This document shows, piece after piece, positions 19,847 to 29,416 of a stretch of DNA of 64,000 nt. The stretch comes from a bacterium (GTDB taxonomy: Bacteria; Patescibacteriota; Minisyncoccia; UBA6257; GWB1-50-10). The number at the start of each line of letters is the position of its first letter. The first letter of the stretch is position 1. Location: contig NZBZ01000001.1 in NCBI GenBank assembly GCA_002686365.1, forward strand, positions 58,405 through 122,404. The letters run 5' to 3'. The position numbers were made by a program, and so were the translations under genes. The notes beneath the pieces are model-generated. The model had not been told where the DNA came from. It did not search any database and was given only the letters and a program-made list of their open reading frames with translations.

Positions 19847-20491
19847 TCACAGTATTGCGTTGACTGCCTGCATCGCTTTTTTGTGTGTTTTTTCAATTGT
19901 GTTGTTTCCGTCTACTGTTTCTATATTTTGAAATCTTTTGAATATTTTTTTGTATCCCTCTCTGTGCGCTTTTAATTTTTCTATTTCGTCAAATAGCTGA
20001 TTCGATTCTCCTCTGCCTCCAATTCTTTTGCGGCATTCTTCGGGAGCTACGTCTATAAATATTGTAAGATCAGGGAGCGGGTAATTCTCGTTTAGCGTGA
20101 AAAGTTCTTCCAAGTTATTTCCAAATGAACCGTATGAGAACGTTGTGAATGCGTATCTGTCTGATACGATTATTTTCCCTTCTTTCAGGTTCGGCAGTAT
20201 AACTTTTTCTACATGTTCTTTCCTGTCTTCTGAAAACAGTTTTTGTAGTTCCTCCAGCTCTATTTTGTATTTTTTTGCGAGCGCATCTTTAATACGTTTT
20301 GCAACAGGAGATGTTTTTGTTGGTTCTACTGTGAGGACTGTTTCTTTTCCTCTGTTCTTCAGCTCATCAGCAATGAGTTCTGCCTGAGTTGTTTTCCCAG
20401 AGCCGTCTAGTCCTTCTACAACGATAAAGAGGCCGCCCTTATCTTGCGAGCCAATTGTATTTCCTCCCAATGATATGATGTCTTTAGTCAC
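19847..20491 (-). CDS. tmk: thymidylate kinase
   Basis: LFIVVEGLDGSGKTTQ P-loop and dTMP kinase architecture. Confidence 0.85.
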   Translation of the reverse strand: MTKDIISLGGNTIGSQDKGGLFIVVEGLDGSGKTTQAELIADELKNRGKETVLTVEPTKTSPVAKRIKDALAKKYKIELEELQKLFSEDRKEHVEKVILPNLKEGKIIVSDRYAFTTFSYGSFGNNLEELFTLNENYPLPDLTIFIDVAPEECRKRIGGRGESNQLFDEIEKLKAHREGYKKIFKRFQNIETVDGNNTIEKTHKKAMQAVNAIL

Positions 20492-21590
20492 TGGCTTTGA
20501 AGTGTTTGCTTAGGCGCGGGCCTTGTTGGTGGGTGTAGTGAGAGCCGATTTCTTCTCCATAGACTCTGTCCGGAGTTTCTGATGTCTTTTCAAAGATGAC
20601 TTTGCATATTGGCTGGTTATCTATCAAAACTATGTTGTCTTCAAAAGGACGTACTTCCAGAACTATAGGCGCGCCTTTTATATTTCCTTCTCTGCCATGG
20701 CCAAATCCGGGATCTATGAATCCCGCATAATGTGAACGGTACTCTCCGCTTCGAACATCCATTGCAGTGATTTCTGCTGCATAGTCTGGGGGCAGGGCAA
20801 GGCGTTCTCTGGTGTAAAGAATGTAGAAGTCTCCTTTTCGCAGAGTGATGCCTTTGTTTTTTGGCTTTATTACTTTTGTGAAGAACTGCTCCGGCTCGTA
20901 GAAGTTTCTTTTTGAAAAGTCCATAAAACTTTGGCTTCCTTCGCATCTCCATCCTACGAATCCGTTTTTTACATCAACTGTGAGGATAAGTCCTCCATCT
21001 CTGTCGCTTACTTTCACCTCATTAAATGGAACTGGTTTGTCGTTAAGATACAGCGCATTATGTTTTTGAAAGAGCTCTTCAAGCTTTCCTTCTGAAAAAC
21101 GGGAGTCTGAATAAAAGAGACGGAGCTGCAAGAGTGTGTCGCCCGGCCCTATTTTTATCCGGAATGATTTTGGCTCGATAATTGCCCAGAGTTTTCCTTT
21201 GAACCCTTTTTCGCCCGCAGAGTCGAAGCGGGAGATTTTATCCGCAAGCATAGTTACTCGGAGATCGATTCTTCCAACCGAGCTTTTTGGATTTGCATAG
21301 CCATACACATCTTTTGGCAGATCGAGTTCTTCTCGTAGCTTTACCAGATATGGTGTGTTTACTTCGAGCGGTAGGTCAAAGGTGTATGGTTCGGCCCCTA
21401 TTTCTTTTATTGCGTCTTCAATTTTTTGTCCTACTTTTGGAAGGAAGACGTGCGGTAGACGGTAAATTTCTTCATCTATTGTAAGGTCGAGACTTGCTGG
21501 CTGAATGTTCTCTTTATTGCCGTTTTTGATGTTTCCGTCCTCTATGAGTTTTTTAATATGTTGTGATGGGAGTGCTCCTTGATTATTCAT
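20484..21590 (-). CDS. long-form dCTP deaminase-like (tandem dUTPase-fold) protein
   Basis: IQPASLDLTI...GYANPKSSVGRIDLRV, plus a second repeat of the fold in the C-terminal half. It resembles the roughly 360-aa DCD family. Confidence 0.55.
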   Translation of the reverse strand: MNNQGALPSQHIKKLIEDGNIKNGNKENIQPASLDLTIDEEIYRLPHVFLPKVGQKIEDAIKEIGAEPYTFDLPLEVNTPYLVKLREELDLPKDVYGYANPKSSVGRIDLRVTMLADKISRFDSAGEKGFKGKLWAIIEPKSFRIKIGPGDTLLQLRLFYSDSRFSEGKLEELFQKHNALYLNDKPVPFNEVKVSDRDGGLILTVDVKNGFVGWRCEGSQSFMDFSKRNFYEPEQFFTKVIKPKNKGITLRKGDFYILYTRERLALPPDYAAEITAMDVRSGEYRSHYAGFIDPGFGHGREGNIKGAPIVLEVRPFEDNIVLIDNQPICKVIFEKTSETPDRVYGEEIGSHYTHQQGPRLSKHFKASD

Positions 21591-21682
21591 TGGAATTAAG
21601 AATAAAGAATTTTTGATTTTGGTTCAAGCAATCAAAAACCCCTCTAACGTAATGTCAAAGGGGTCTTAGTTCAATGGGCTCT

Positions 21683-22108
21683 TTACTTCTTTACATCAAT
21701 TCCCATGCTTCTGGCTGTGCCCTCTATGATTTTCATTGCGGCTTCTACATCAGTTGCGTTAAGGTCTTCCATCTTTCGCTCAGCGATTTCTCTGACCTGA
21801 TCTTTTGTTACCTTTCCTGCTTTTTTGTTTAGTATGTCTCCTGATCCTTTTTCCACTCCTGCCGCCTTTTTTAGAAGCGCTGATGCTGGCGGTGTTTTTA
21901 AAACAAAAACAAATGATCTGTCTTCATAGACAGTGATTTCTGCGGGAATGACATCTCCGCCCATATCTTTTGTTTCCTCATTAAACTTTTGGCAGAACTC
22001 CTGAATGTTTATTCCATGCTGACCAAGTGCTGGACCGATTGGCGGCGCTGGATTTGCCTTCCCTGCAGGAATTTGAAGTTTTAGAGTTGCTTTGATTGTT
22101 TTTGGCAT
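21683..22108 (-). CDS. rplK: 50S ribosomal protein L11
   Basis: [32 protein letters not shown]. Confidence 0.9.
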   Translation of the reverse strand: MPKTIKATLKLQIPAGKANPAPPIGPALGQHGINIQEFCQKFNEETKDMGGDVIPAEITVYEDRSFVFVLKTPPASALLKKAAGVEKGSGDILNKKAGKVTKDQVREIAERKMEDLNATDVEAAMKIIEGTARSMGIDVKK

Positions 22109-22110
22109 AT

Positions 22111-22644
22111 TTATACTTTTTGTACCTGAAGAGAATCTAATTCTACTAGCGTATCGCGTCCGAAAATTGGTACAAGTACTTTAATCTTTCCTCGTTCCTC
22201 ATCTACCTCTGCGACCTTCCCTTCATTATCTTTGAATGGGCCGTCAGTAATTCTTACTGTATCATTTGCTTTGAAATCAATTTGGAAGCTTGGTTCTTTT
22301 TCTCCCATTCGATTCATAAGGTCATCTACCTCGCTTTGTGATAATGGAGCTGGATTGGAAGCGTTTGGACCTACGAATCCTGTTACTCTCGGAGTGTTTC
22401 GAACTACATACCATGAGTCATTGTCGAGAGCCATTTCAACCAGAATATATCCGGGGTAGATTTTTTCTTCTATCTTATATCTTTTTCCATTCTTTACTTT
22501 AATTTTTGTTTCTTTTGGGACAACGACGTTAAAAATCTTGTCATTCATGGCAAGAGATTCTACGCGCTGCTTTAAATAACGCCCAACAGCGTCTTCATAT
22601 CCAGAATACGTATGGATTGCGTACCAACGCTTTTCTGTCTGCAT
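22111..22644 (-). CDS. nusG: transcription termination/antitermination factor NusG
   Basis: [15 protein letters not shown] domain plus a KOW motif. Confidence 0.9.
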   Translation of the reverse strand: MQTEKRWYAIHTYSGYEDAVGRYLKQRVESLAMNDKIFNVVVPKETKIKVKNGKRYKIEEKIYPGYILVEMALDNDSWYVVRNTPRVTGFVGPNASNPAPLSQSEVDDLMNRMGEKEPSFQIDFKANDTVRITDGPFKDNEGKVAEVDEERGKIKVLVPIFGRDTLVELDSLQVQKV

Positions 22645-22658
22645 ACGTTAGTTCTTAA

Positions 22659-22850
22659 TTATACAATAAATAAATCTAGGGCTCTTACAAATATGATATC
22701 GAGTATTCCTAGAAATGCTGCTATAAGCAATGCTAGCACTACGACGAATGCTGTAAACCGAGTAGTTTCTTTTTTTGACGGCCAGTTTACTTTGCCTAGC
22801 TCTTGCCTTGCTTCTTTAAAGAAGTTTCCAGCTTTTTCTCCTGCGTTCAT
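22659..22850 (-). CDS. secE: preprotein translocase subunit SecE
   Basis: 63 aa with a single TM. The motif ELGKVNWPSKKET is SecE-like, and it sits in secE-nusG-rplK order. Confidence 0.75.
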   Translation of the reverse strand: MNAGEKAGNFFKEARQELGKVNWPSKKETTRFTAFVVVLALLIAAFLGILDIIFVRALDLFIV

Positions 22851-22885
22851 AGTGGTGTGTGGCGCAAATATTATTAGAAATTTCG

Positions 22886-24880
22886 TTATATGTCAAGATT
22901 CTTAACATTAGTGGCGTAGGCCTGAATGAAGTTTTTGCGCGGTTCTACAGTTTCTCCCATCAATACATCGAAGAGCTTATCTGTTTCTACTGCGTCAGCA
23001 ATTGTGACGCGTTTTAGAGTTCGTACCTCTGGATCCATTGTGGTTTCCCAAAGCTGATTTGCATTCATCTCTCCTAGTCCTTTGTATCTTTGGATGTTTA
23101 CTTTATCTTTTTTGCCTTTTGTGAGCTTGTCTAGTTCCTTATCTGTGTACAAGTACGTTGCGCTCTTCCCTTTTTGAATTTTGTAGAGAGGGGGCTGGGC
23201 TATGTATAGATATCCATCTTCAATGATTTTCGGGAAGTATCTGTAGAATAATGTGAGAAGAAGTGTGCGGATGTGTGCGCCATCAACGTCTGCGTCTGTC
23301 ATAATAACTATTTTATGGTATCTAAGTTTTTCAATATCGAAGCTGTCGGAGATAGCAGTGCCAAGCGCTATTACGAGCGCTTTTATTTCTTTGTTTGCCA
23401 GCATTTTATCAATGCGAGCCTTTTCTACGTTTAGGATTTTTCCACGGAGCGGAAGGATTGCCTGAGTTCGTCTATCTCGTCCGCTTTTTGCTGTGCCTCC
23501 GGCAGAATCACCCTCTACGATAAATAGCTCAGACTCTTCTGGATTTCGTGATGTGCAGTCAGCAAGCTTTCCCGGAAGGGCAAGACCTTCGAGCGCGCCT
23601 TTTCTTAGTACTGTATCTTTTGCTGCTTTTGCTGCTTTTCTTGCTTTTGCGGCGAGAAGATTTTTCTCAATTGCCCGCTTTGCATCTTGCGGATAGCGTT
23701 CGAGGAATTCTTTAAGCGCTCTTCCGGTTACTGCTTCTACTCCGGTTCTTGCTTCTGGATTTCCAAGCCTAGCTTTTGTCTGCCCTTCAAACTGGGGCTC
23801 TTTAATCTTTACTGAAATTGCCGCAACAAGTCCTTCGCGCACGTCATCTCCTGTTAGTCCGTCTTTGGCATCTTTTATTAGACCTTCTTTTTTTGCATAT
23901 TCATTTAGAGTTCTTGTAAGTGCTGTGCGAAAGCCAGTGAGATGCATGCCGCCGTCTGGAGTGTAGATGTTGTTTGCAAAACTCATTTCTTCACTCTCTA
24001 CATCGTTTGTGTATGTGAAGGCAACTTCTACGTCTACCTCCTCAGCTTCTTTGTGTGTGTAGAAGTAGTTTGCCTGCAGAGGGTCATTTTTGCCTATTAG
24101 GTAATCGAGGAAGGCGTTTAGCCCGCCTTCGAAGTAGAAGGAGTGGTAGAAAGGTTTTTCTTCTCTTGTGTCTTCAAATTCAATTCGCACTCCTTTTGTT
24201 AAGTAGGCCTGTTGCCTGAGATGGTCTAGAATCTTTTTTCGGTTGAACTCAATTCTTTCGAAAATTTCCGGGTCTGGAGAAAAGATAACTTTTGTTCCTC
24301 CTTTTCTACACATGCCAACTTTTTTCATTTTATGGCATGGCTTGCCCCGTTTGTATTCCTGTGAATACATTTTTCCGTCACGGCAGACTTCAACTCGAAC
24401 CCATTCAGAGAGAGCGTTTACTACAGATACACCAACTCCGTGAAGACCTCCGGCCACCTTATATGAATCGCCTCCGAACTTACCTCCTGCGTGCAGAGTG
24501 GTCATTACTGTTTCAAGAGCTGGTTTTTTTGTCTGAGGGTGAATGTCTACGGGGATGCCGCGGCCATCATCTGTGATTGCAACTTTATTATCTGGAAGAA
24601 GTTCAATCCTTACATTTTTTGCATAGCCTGCCATTGCCTCGTCAATGGAGTTATCTGCTACCTCCCAGACTAGGTGATGCAGACCGTCGACTCCTGTGGA
24701 GCCGATATACATGCCAGGCCGTTTTCGGACTGGTTCGAGACCCTCCAACACATAGATGTCCTTTGCCTTATATGAAGGGTCTTTAGAGGACTTCTTTTTT
24801 GTTGTTTTAGAAGGCTTTTTTAGAGCTTTTTTTGCGGGTTCTTTTGCTTGTTTTTTAGGCATTTCGTTAGTTAATTTCAA
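22886..24880 (-). CDS. gyrB: DNA gyrase subunit B
   Basis: GHKL ATPase, TOPRIM and C-terminal domains. Contains KRPGMYIGSTG. Confidence 0.9.
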   Translation of the reverse strand: MKLTNEMPKKQAKEPAKKALKKPSKTTKKKSSKDPSYKAKDIYVLEGLEPVRKRPGMYIGSTGVDGLHHLVWEVADNSIDEAMAGYAKNVRIELLPDNKVAITDDGRGIPVDIHPQTKKPALETVMTTLHAGGKFGGDSYKVAGGLHGVGVSVVNALSEWVRVEVCRDGKMYSQEYKRGKPCHKMKKVGMCRKGGTKVIFSPDPEIFERIEFNRKKILDHLRQQAYLTKGVRIEFEDTREEKPFYHSFYFEGGLNAFLDYLIGKNDPLQANYFYTHKEAEEVDVEVAFTYTNDVESEEMSFANNIYTPDGGMHLTGFRTALTRTLNEYAKKEGLIKDAKDGLTGDDVREGLVAAISVKIKEPQFEGQTKARLGNPEARTGVEAVTGRALKEFLERYPQDAKRAIEKNLLAAKARKAAKAAKDTVLRKGALEGLALPGKLADCTSRNPEESELFIVEGDSAGGTAKSGRDRRTQAILPLRGKILNVEKARIDKMLANKEIKALVIALGTAISDSFDIEKLRYHKIVIMTDADVDGAHIRTLLLTLFYRYFPKIIEDGYLYIAQPPLYKIQKGKSATYLYTDKELDKLTKGKKDKVNIQRYKGLGEMNANQLWETTMDPEVRTLKRVTIADAVETDKLFDVLMGETVEPRKNFIQAYATNVKNLDI

Positions 24881-24993
24881 GGCCTTTTTACTCCTTTATT
24901 ATACCAAAAGGGGGGGCTTGAAACAAGGGAAATTTGGGCCTGAAAAGACGAAAAAAAGACCGGCGTTTCGGATTACGTCGGCCTTGCGTTGAG

Positions 24994-26556
24994 CTAGTCG
25001 GTTGCTTGTTCCCCTTGGGAAGGGTGCAGGGCAGCCTTGATCGCTGCTTCTTCTGCCTCCTCCAGAAGACTGGTGAGTCTCTGAGAGCATGCTATTGCGA
25101 TGCGGAGTCGACCAACCCTCTCTTCCGGACTTTCGGCTTCAGCGTCCTGCCAGCGCGACTCGATGCTTCGAAGTAATTCGAGTGCTGGATCGTCAGACGT
25201 TTGTTGTTCGGTCGTCGGCTCATCAGATGGGGCGTCTGCAGGCGGCGCAGTCTCTTGGTCGAAGGGTCCGATGATCCAAATCTGCGGTCCAGTTGGATCT
25301 ACTCGGACTTGCCTTACGACTCCTCGTGCTTCGAGGTCTCCTCCCCTTCTTTTGGCTGTCGGCTCAGTGTATTTCGTGAGTGCTTCGATGGCTTCCCATG
25401 GAATGGACTGTAGGCGCAGCCATCCGTCTTTGAGGCCAACTTGGACAATCGTGTCCTTCTGAAGAAGAAGATCGTGGATCTCTGCTAGCGTGAATCCACT
25501 GCCTCTCAGATGACTCTCTTGGACGTGACCGTGAAAGTCGGCGAGCGTACCGTATTCTGTCTTGTGACGGGGACAGATGATTGCTGGCTCACTGGTTGGG
25601 GCTGGGTCTTGGTCGTTACCTCCTGCGTGGTCTGCGTCGTGTTCGGGCGCGTCATCGTCGGGGCTGATGACGGTGATTGTGTCGCCGTGGTCTTCGATCC
25701 TTCCATCTCCTGCGAGTGAGGAAAGGTAGGCCTCTTCCGCGTTGTTGTCTTCAGCTGTATCTCCTAGTGCGTCCTGCAGCCAAGTAGAGATTGTTCGGAT
25801 CGCAGCTTCACGAGAGATTTGTCCGTTGCTGTCAGCAAGATCAAGAAGGACTCTGTGGGCGTCTTCGAGGGTCAGGCTGCTGCTGTCGTCGGTTTCGACT
25901 TCATCTGCGGCCGCTGATTCGCTTCTGGGTCCTCTTGCGGTAGTCGTCCCGGCTCCTTGGGTGGATCCTTGTGTCTCGGATGCCTCACGTCTTCTTCGTG
26001 TGGGTCTTCCTGTCTCGTGATGTCCGTGCGAAGCCTGCGTAGTCGTCCCACCACTTTCAGGTGGTTCAGTGATGATCCAGACAGGTTCTTCCTCTCGAAT
26101 GGCTCCTGTGTTGATCAGGGCGGTTTCTATGCCTAGCCCGTTCGAGCCTGGCATGGCCTCCAGGAAACTCGCGGGGCGAATTTCCATCTGACGCGTCACG
26201 TCTCCAGCATTCACCTGGTTAGCATTGTTCCAGAGTAGCACGTGCGCGCGTCTCTGCGCCTCTGCGGTCTGCACGGCACTTGCTTCGTCTCTTGCCATTA
26301 GTTCGCTCCTTCCCGCTGTTTCGGCGGGAGGCTGTTCCTTACGTGATGTTGGGAGTGCAAGACGGGGGCTTGGCTCGAGATCTTCAGTCTGTACAGTTAT
26401 CTCTTGCCTTGATGCTCTTCGTCGGTGGATCGCGAGTTTTCGCTCTCTGGGCCTAGTGATGGAAAACTCTCCGGGCCCATCGATGCTCATCAGGTGGTTT
26501 TGGATGAGTTGGAGCGTTGCATCTCCTGCTTCTTCTTCAGAAATCTCTAGTTGCAT
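24994..26556 (-). CDS. hypothetical acidic protein (GC-rich island 4)
   Basis: 520 aa, Asp/Glu/Thr-rich, with a CPRHK...HGHVQESH Cys/His cluster. No family was recognised. Confidence 0.35.
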   Translation of the reverse strand: MQLEISEEEAGDATLQLIQNHLMSIDGPGEFSITRPRERKLAIHRRRASRQEITVQTEDLEPSPRLALPTSRKEQPPAETAGRSELMARDEASAVQTAEAQRRAHVLLWNNANQVNAGDVTRQMEIRPASFLEAMPGSNGLGIETALINTGAIREEEPVWIITEPPESGGTTTQASHGHHETGRPTRRRREASETQGSTQGAGTTTARGPRSESAAADEVETDDSSSLTLEDAHRVLLDLADSNGQISREAAIRTISTWLQDALGDTAEDNNAEEAYLSSLAGDGRIEDHGDTITVISPDDDAPEHDADHAGGNDQDPAPTSEPAIICPRHKTEYGTLADFHGHVQESHLRGSGFTLAEIHDLLLQKDTIVQVGLKDGWLRLQSIPWEAIEALTKYTEPTAKRRGGDLEARGVVRQVRVDPTGPQIWIIGPFDQETAPPADAPSDEPTTEQQTSDDPALELLRSIESRWQDAEAESPEERVGRLRIAIACSQRLTSLLEEAEEAAIKAALHPSQGEQATD

Positions 26557-26752
26557 GAGAATTCCAACAGGAGATCCTGTGAATGTCCGAACATCACTGG
26601 TCTCTGTGGCGCTAGCTGCGGCACGGTTCCAGAGGATGCGATGTATTCTTATGGGCGGCTTGGATACTTTCCATCCTTTTCTGGTGTCGACGAGGACGTA
26701 TCTCTTCCGCAGCTCACTGATAGCGTCTTGAGCGTAGCTATCATCTGCTCAC

Positions 26753-26774
26753 GTATGCAAATAAATTTGCATAC
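26753..26774. promoter_or_regulatory. perfect 22-bp palindrome (candidate operator)
   Basis: GTATGCAAAT-AA-ATTTGCATAC at the boundary of GC-rich island 4 and tRNA-Leu. Confidence 0.35.
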
Positions 26775-26789
26775 TTCCCGCGCTAGCAA

Positions 26790-26822
26790 AAATCCCGACT
26801 CTTATAAGAATCGGGATTTCTC
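26790..26822 (-). terminator. intrinsic terminator downstream of tRNA-Leu
   Basis: AAATCCCGA/TCGGGATTT stem, followed by a T-run on the minus strand. Confidence 0.6.
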
Positions 26823-26828
26823 TAGTAG

Positions 26829-26913
26829 TGCGCGGGAGAGGACTTGAACCTCCACGTCCCTAGGGGACAATAGCCCCTCAAGCTATAGCGTCTACCAATT
26901 CCGCCACCCGCGC
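26829..26913 (-). tRNA. tRNA-Leu (anticodon GAG)
   Basis: Cloverleaf has acceptor GCGCGGG/CCCGCGC, a D-arm GGCGGAATTGGTAGACGC typical of tRNA-Leu, anticodon loop TTGAGGG, a long variable arm and a T-arm GGTTCAAGTCC. Confidence 0.85.
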
Positions 26914-27576
26914 ATTATTTTCTTTGTCTATTTTAAGTATTCTTTGGGTTTTAGCAACTTTTCTTAAGAGACAAGGAATTTTTTCTTTATAATATATTCT
27001 TTTTATAAGTTTTTTGCTTTCAGTTTTTGCAAACTCTAACATCCATGCTCTCGTTGCGACTTTTACACCTCCCTTAATGGAGCTTTGTTTTTCTATCTTT
27101 TTTTGTAGCCACTTTAGAAATTCTGGGCTCGCTGATATGAATCTGATGTAAAACATATAACTGCTTCTCCACCTTTTGTCCCAGTACGAGTATATGCACC
27201 CATCTCCGTCAAAACACCCTCGTAAAAAATCGAAAAAATAATTATCAGGTATTTTTAGCTCTCCCAGTGTTTTCGATTTATTCGGAGTCATTCCGATGCT
27301 TACGAGCCAGCTATAGAATAATACGTTACTTATTTGGGTGCGGTGGTAGATATTTTTATTGTTATGACTACTTATTTTTCTGCTAATTTTTAGCCCTTCT
27401 ATTCCTAGACATTTTTGGAATGTTTTTATTAGCTCTTTGTCTTTTGAGGTAAAATCGATGTGACGCTTGTCTTTTGAAAGACAGCCATCGGTTGCTATGA
27501 GTCCAACTGCATATGCAAGTTCTGCTGACCAGTTAGTAGAAATTTTTTTCTTGGGCTTGGGTCCCCTTTTCCCCAT
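26878..27576 (-). CDS. LAGLIDADG homing endonuclease (free-standing, double-motif)
   Basis: Two LAGLIDADG motifs: LAYAVGLIATDGCL and FLRGCFDGDGCI. The last 12 codons overlap the 5' half of tRNA-Leu. Confidence 0.8.
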   Translation of the reverse strand: MGKRGPKPKKKISTNWSAELAYAVGLIATDGCLSKDKRHIDFTSKDKELIKTFQKCLGIEGLKISRKISSHNNKNIYHRTQISNVLFYSWLVSIGMTPNKSKTLGELKIPDNYFFDFLRGCFDGDGCIYSYWDKRWRSSYMFYIRFISASPEFLKWLQKKIEKQSSIKGGVKVATRAWMLEFAKTESKKLIKRIYYKEKIPCLLRKVAKTQRILKIDKENNARVAELVDAIA

Positions 27577-27671
27577 ATTTTAATTTTACCTTTTATTTTA
27601 AGAGTTTTCTATACTAAAAAGAAAGATCGTCAAATCAAAAATCCTCATGCTATGCAGCGTGAGGATTTTTG

Positions 27672-27998
27672 TTAAAAGCTAATTCCGAGTTTTTCCTGTA
27701 TTTTTTTAGGAGAGAGTTTGCGAATATAGTATAGTTTTGATTTGCGCACCCTCTTGGGTTTTCCAAGAATATCTATCTTATCAACCATTGGACTCATGAG
27801 TGGATATACTTTCTCTACTCCAACCTCCTGAATGATTCCTCGCACAGTAAATGTAGCGCCTGCTTCTTTGCCGTGCTTTCGCGCAATAATAATTCCTGTG
27901 AAGGGACTTTTTCTTTTTTTGTCTCCTTCTTTTACAATTTCCCAGACTTTTACCTTTATGCCGGGGCGTAATTCTTTTATTGTTTTTTCATCTAGCAT
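27672..27998 (-). CDS. rplS: 50S ribosomal protein L19
   Basis: ...SPFTGIIIARKHGKEAGATFTVRGIIQEVGVEKVYPLMSP, canonical L19. Confidence 0.9.
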   Translation of the reverse strand: MLDEKTIKELRPGIKVKVWEIVKEGDKKRKSPFTGIIIARKHGKEAGATFTVRGIIQEVGVEKVYPLMSPMVDKIDILGKPKRVRKSKLYYIRKLSPKKIQEKLGISF

Positions 27999-28094
27999 GT
28001 TTTTAGAAATTAGTTCTGCCTGTTAGCAGGCAAAGACTAGGAAATAGTAAGTATAATTTGCTGAAAAGTCAATCCATCACATAGCCTTGTGAGA

Positions 28095-28820
28095 CTATGT
28101 GATGGACAAGTCTTTTAAAGTTTTTTGAAGGTCTTCAGGAAGCTCTGATTCTACTTTTATTCTTCTCTTATTTGACAGAGAGAATTCGAGAGATTCAGCA
28201 TGCAGAAAGTGTCGTTTTAATCCAAATGTTTCTCGTTTTCCTGCGTAGAGCTTGTCTCCGACTACTGGGTGTCCAATACTTGCGAGGTGCACACGGATTT
28301 GATGAGTGCGTCCTGTTTTTGGTAAGACTTTGAGGAGTGTTAGAGAGGTTGTTTCTGTTTTTAGATTTTTGATTGGCTCAATTTTTGTTACTGCCTTTTT
28401 TACCATCTTCATTTTTCTTGCTCGGGTACTTCTTTTTATACTGCCGGACATGAGTCCGATTGGTTTATCAATAATCTGCTTTTTTTCTATTTTTCCGTGC
28501 GCAAGGGCTTTGTAAGTTTTTTTCACCTTGTGTTCCTGAAGAAGTTTTTTGAAGTACTCAAAGAAGGTTTGCGTTTTCGCAATAAGAAGGATGCCGGAAG
28601 TTTCTTTATCTAAACGATGAACAATGCCCGGCCGTTCTTTAGGGCTGTCCCCAACAGTTTTTGTTTCTGTAAATTTCTTTTTTATCCAGTCTGCGAGTGT
28701 TTCTTCCTGCTTTTTTGTTTTTTGAGGGATTCCATGCATAAGCAGGCCAGCAGGCTTGTGGATAATTGCAAAATCTTTTTCTTGATATAAAATCTTTATG
28801 TTTTCGGTTAATATTGACAT
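28095..28820 (-). CDS. RluA-family pseudouridine synthase
   Basis: Catalytic motif HRLDKETSGILLIAKT. Confidence 0.85.
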   Translation of the reverse strand: MSILTENIKILYQEKDFAIIHKPAGLLMHGIPQKTKKQEETLADWIKKKFTETKTVGDSPKERPGIVHRLDKETSGILLIAKTQTFFEYFKKLLQEHKVKKTYKALAHGKIEKKQIIDKPIGLMSGSIKRSTRARKMKMVKKAVTKIEPIKNLKTETTSLTLLKVLPKTGRTHQIRVHLASIGHPVVGDKLYAGKRETFGLKRHFLHAESLEFSLSNKRRIKVESELPEDLQKTLKDLSIT

Positions 28821-28850
28821 ATTATTAGAAATGTTTTACTCTTTTTCGCT

Positions 28851-29324
28851 ATGATTCTGTATAATTATACCATGAGACGAAAAGCACATTTTTCGTTTAT
28901 TGGTTTTGTATTAGTTCTACTTACATTCCCCTTTTTTGCTACAGAGGCTCCTACCTATGGAGCAGAGGTTAACTTCCCTTCTCCTCCTGCAGTTTCCGCA
29001 GAGGAGGTGCTGGAAGTGCTCCCTGCCCCAAGGGTGGTGGATATGTGGATAACTGCTTATTCGAGCTCTGTTGATGAAACTGATAGTACTCCTCATATTA
29101 CCGCACTTGGTACTCGTACGCGAGATGGGATTGCGGCAACGAATATGCTTCCCTTTGGTACGCTTGTTCGTGTACCGGATCTTTTTGGAGACAAGGTATT
29201 TGTGATTGAGGATAGAATGCATCCAAGGAAGAAGTGGGTGCTTGATATTTGGATGGGAAGTAAAGAGGAGGCAAAACAGTTTGGCTCGCATTTGACTAAG
29301 GTGGAGATATTAAAGAAGGGATAG
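28851..29324 (+). CDS. 3D-domain (MltA/YocH-like) secreted protein
   Basis: N-terminal signal/TM, then ITAYSS...GTRTRDGIAATN...GTLVRVP...VLDIWM, typical of the 3D domain. Confidence 0.6.
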   Translation: MILYNYTMRRKAHFSFIGFVLVLLTFPFFATEAPTYGAEVNFPSPPAVSAEEVLEVLPAPRVVDMWITAYSSSVDETDSTPHITALGTRTRDGIAATNMLPFGTLVRVPDLFGDKVFVIEDRMHPRKKWVLDIWMGSKEEAKQFGSHLTKVEILKKG

Positions 29325-29416
29325 GCTAGGATATAAGACTTAGGACATAGGATTTAGAAAAAAGAAAATGCGCCGCAGGGATTGCCTGAGGCGCTTTTGG
29401 TTGCGGTCTGAGTTCA

